Shown here one piece after another: positions 61,536-64,000 of a stretch of DNA of 64,000 bases. The DNA comes from Fistulifera solaris. Taxonomy: Eukaryota. The stretch lies in NCBI GenBank assembly GCA_030295235.1, contig AP026124.1:186001-250000 (forward strand), in the 5' to 3' direction. Made by a program: the position numbers and the translations under genes. Under the pieces are notes generated by a model, which had not been told where the DNA came from, made no database searches, and saw only the letters and a list, made by a program, of their open reading frames with translations. How positions within the stretch are numbered: the first letter of the stretch is position 1; every line of letters starts with the position of its first letter.

Positions 61536-63227
61536 ATGACATCATTCAAGGCGATTGGCAATTCTTTGATGCTATTATTAGTCTCGTCGATTCTCGGACG
61601 CAATGTAGCAACAGCGTGGCAGTCGCCTCTCTCGCGACGCGTTTTCCAAAGATCGTTGCCTTTTGCATTATCAGCATCGACTGAGTCTTCAGCCACCGAT
61701 GCTGCAGAAGTGAAAAGCGCAAAGAAGCCCGTTCCTATCACACTCTTAAGCGGCTTTCTTGGTACAGGGAAGACTACTACCCTGAAACATCTTCTGGAAA
61801 ATGTGGACGGTGTGAAAATTGGTGTTATTGTCAATGATGTTGCTTCAGTAAACATTGACGCTAAACTCGTGGCAGGACAAACGATCGACGGAATGGTGGA
61901 ACTGCAAAACGGATGCGCATGCTGCAGTCTTGCGGATGAATTGTTCTTCTCCGTAGATACCATGGTCAAAGATCGCGAACTCGACGCTATCGTCGTGGAA
62001 CTTAGTGGTGTCGCAGATCCGATGGCGATCAAAAACAATTGGATCATGGCACCGTCCTTTGTGAAAGAGAAAGCGGATGTCACACGTGTTGTGACAGTGA
62101 TTGACGCGGCCAGTTTCGGAACGGATTACATGTCCTGGGATGAAGCACGCGAGCGAAAAGGTTGGCTCACTCCGAACGAGGAAATGTCACCCGAGGGAAA
62201 CCGCAAAGTTGCGGAACTTCTTGCGGAACAAGTCGAGGCAGCGGATATCATCTTACTCAACAAAATTGATCTGGCAGAAAATGAAGAGCAGATCGCCGTG
62301 GCGGAGAAGGTAGCGAGAGCGTTGAATGACAAGGCGGAAGTTCGCCGCGTACAATATGGTGTCATTTCTCCTAGCCTCGTCATTAGTGATGGTTCGGAAA
62401 ACAAGATTGCGCATGATCATACTCATGATTGTAAAGAACCTGATTGCACCGACAGTAGCCATTCGCATTCACACGATCACGCGTGTGCAGAACCAGACTG
62501 CACAGACATTAGCCACTCGCATTCGCACGATCACGCTTGCGCTGAACCAGGATGCACCGACAATAGTCATTCTCATTCCCATGCTCATGATGCTGAAACG
62601 TGCAATGATCCGACGTGTACGGAAGACCATTCTCACAGCCACTCGCATACTTCAGTCGACGAGCTTGGCATTGTGAACTTTGTATATAAAGCAACTCGTC
62701 CTTTTGATCCTGTTCGTCTCATGAATGTTCTGAACAAGTGGCCTGTTCCGGTAAAAGAAACGTTGGATCTTAATATTTTGAGTGAGGGTTACGAGATCCC
62801 TGGCGAGTCTTTCGATGTCGATTCTCCCTTTATCGGAGTTTTGCGCAGCAAGGGTTTTTGCTGGTTTGCACCGAATAAATGGACCGGTGCGAACGAAGAT
62901 TCTTGGCGCCATGACACTGCCATGTTCTGGAGTCATGCCGGGAAAAGTTTTACGTTAAGTTCGGCGGGCAAATGGTGGGGAACATTGGATAAGGAAACCA
63001 TGAAAAAGTATTTTGTTTCTAACATGAAAGAGTTTGATCGCATTATCGCGGAAGATTTCCAGACAGAAGAATTCGGTGATCGAAGACAAGAAATCGTTTT
63101 CATTGGAGTCAACTTGGACGAAGAGAAGATCAGAAAAACCATGGACGATTGTTTGCTGTCGGACGATGACATGGAGAAGTACCGCCGAAATCTTCGCAAC
63201 TACCAAGGTACGCTTTTCTCGAAGTAA
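61536..63227 (+). CDS. CobW/COG0523 (G3E) GTP-dependent metallochaperone with His/Cys repeat insert, probably plastid-targeted
   Basis: GFLGTGKTT, VNDV, GCACC, ELSGVADP, NKID, LRSKG and RRQEIVFIG motifs. Confidence 0.93.
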   Translation: MTSFKAIGNSLMLLLVSSILGRNVATAWQSPLSRRVFQRSLPFALSASTESSATDAAEVKSAKKPVPITLLSGFLGTGKTTTLKHLLENVDGVKIGVIVNDVASVNIDAKLVAGQTIDGMVELQNGCACCSLADELFFSVDTMVKDRELDAIVVELSGVADPMAIKNNWIMAPSFVKEKADVTRVVTVIDAASFGTDYMSWDEARERKGWLTPNEEMSPEGNRKVAELLAEQVEAADIILLNKIDLAENEEQIAVAEKVARALNDKAEVRRVQYGVISPSLVISDGSENKIAHDHTHDCKEPDCTDSSHSHSHDHACAEPDCTDISHSHSHDHACAEPGCTDNSHSHSHAHDAETCNDPTCTEDHSHSHSHTSVDELGIVNFVYKATRPFDPVRLMNVLNKWPVPVKETLDLNILSEGYEIPGESFDVDSPFIGVLRSKGFCWFAPNKWTGANEDSWRHDTAMFWSHAGKSFTLSSAGKWWGTLDKETMKKYFVSNMKEFDRIIAEDFQTEEFGDRRQEIVFIGVNLDEEKIRKTMDDCLLSDDDMEKYRRNLRNYQGTLFSK

Positions 63228-63442
63228 GGAGAAAGTAAGTCTTAATGTTTAATCGAGCTAATTCTAAGAAACATTAAGCACGGCACCTGGTAAGCTGAGG
63301 CGCATTTAAAATCGAATGGTACCAGGTACCGGTACCACCGTACATACCGTACCGTACTCCTACTAGTAGTTTACGATGTGCTTGCATAAGAAAGTCGGAG
63401 CGGTATCGCGCATTTTATTCGTCTCGTTCCTTCGCATGCGAT

Positions 63443-63520
63443 GGAAACGGCGTTAAATTTTGCCTCGTCGTGGAAGCTACGTAAAATTTTCTACTGGAGG
63501 CAGAATTTTACTGTCCTTTC
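63443..63520. repeat. Hairpin-forming dispersed repeat, copy 2 (diverged)
   Basis: cgttaaattttgcctcgtcgtggaagctacgtaaaattttctactggaggcagaattttactgtcc aligns with 45118-45185. Confidence 0.75.
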
Positions 63521-63706
63521 AAGTCATGCACGTCGTATTCGCACGCGTTAAATCTCACAAGATTGTGTTCGAATTCTACGCGTTGACCTAACTTTTCCCA
63601 TGCTCAAGCGTGTGTTATTAAGTCTTTTTGAATTAAAAACATACTTTGATCCATCCAAAGAGAGACCTTATGAGAATTAGAAGCCTACCATATCCTTTTG
63701 AGCAAA

Positions 63707-64000
63707 ATGACAGCAAACGCTAGTTGCAGTGATGTAACTTTTGCTGTCAATGAATGCTTCAATCTTTGCAACGATTTGCACGAAGAGTTAGATGGCAGCG
63801 GTGAAGCCATCCGCGTCGGAAATTTGACATTTGTCGAAGGAATCCTAGGACGAGGTGCTTATGGTACCGTTCGACTCGCCGTGCGTGACCGAAATTGTCT
63901 ACCAGCGCACACGAAAACCACGCAAACGACGTCGTCTCGTCGGCTGGGTCGAAGCATATCAGCCCCAGCCGGGAAGGATATATTTCGATCAAATTACAAT
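63707..64000 (+). CDS. 5' part of a Ser/Thr protein kinase (possibly CaMKK-like), truncated by the window edge; absent from the ORF track
   Basis: Open frame from ATG 63707: MTANASC...VGNLTFVEGILGRGAYGTVRLA (glycine-rich loop, subdomain I). Confidence 0.8.
   Translation, partial: MTANASCSDVTFAVNECFNLCNDLHEELDGSGEAIRVGNLTFVEGILGRGAYGTVRLAVRDRNCLPAHTKTTQTTSSRRLGRSISAPAGKDIFRSNYN

Overview
Gene-dense eukaryotic nuclear DNA, almost certainly from a diatom (probably pennate). Evidence: a fucoxanthin-chlorophyll a/c (Lhcf) gene, bipartite ASAFAP-type plastid presequences, a DUF6824-like gene and short spliceosomal introns. About 31 protein-coding genes are recognisable, mostly housekeeping. About 20 single-base indels in homopolymer runs split otherwise intact genes and are best read as uncorrected long-read errors. 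The outstanding feature is a 1,777-bp non-autonomous DNA transposon at 28834-30610. It has 33-bp terminal inverted repeats (1 mismatch, starting GGCAA) and a perfect 8-bp target-site duplication (CACCAAAC), matching Merlin/IS1595-type hallmarks. It sits between the divergent RSM22-like and URB2-like genes. It carries a 16-unit, higher-order-structured array with a hairpin core that superficially resembles CRISPR, bracketed by 27-bp direct repeats, plus structured subterminal ends. Other signals: a second dispersed ~80-bp hairpin element (two copies), a recurrent non-coding palindrome TACCWGGTA, a TGACGT cluster upstream of a bZIP gene, a PTPS-III-type enzyme, a LarC-like protein, a CobW GTPase with His/Cys repeats and a GC-AG intron. 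All calls come from reading the sequence by eye; no database search was run.
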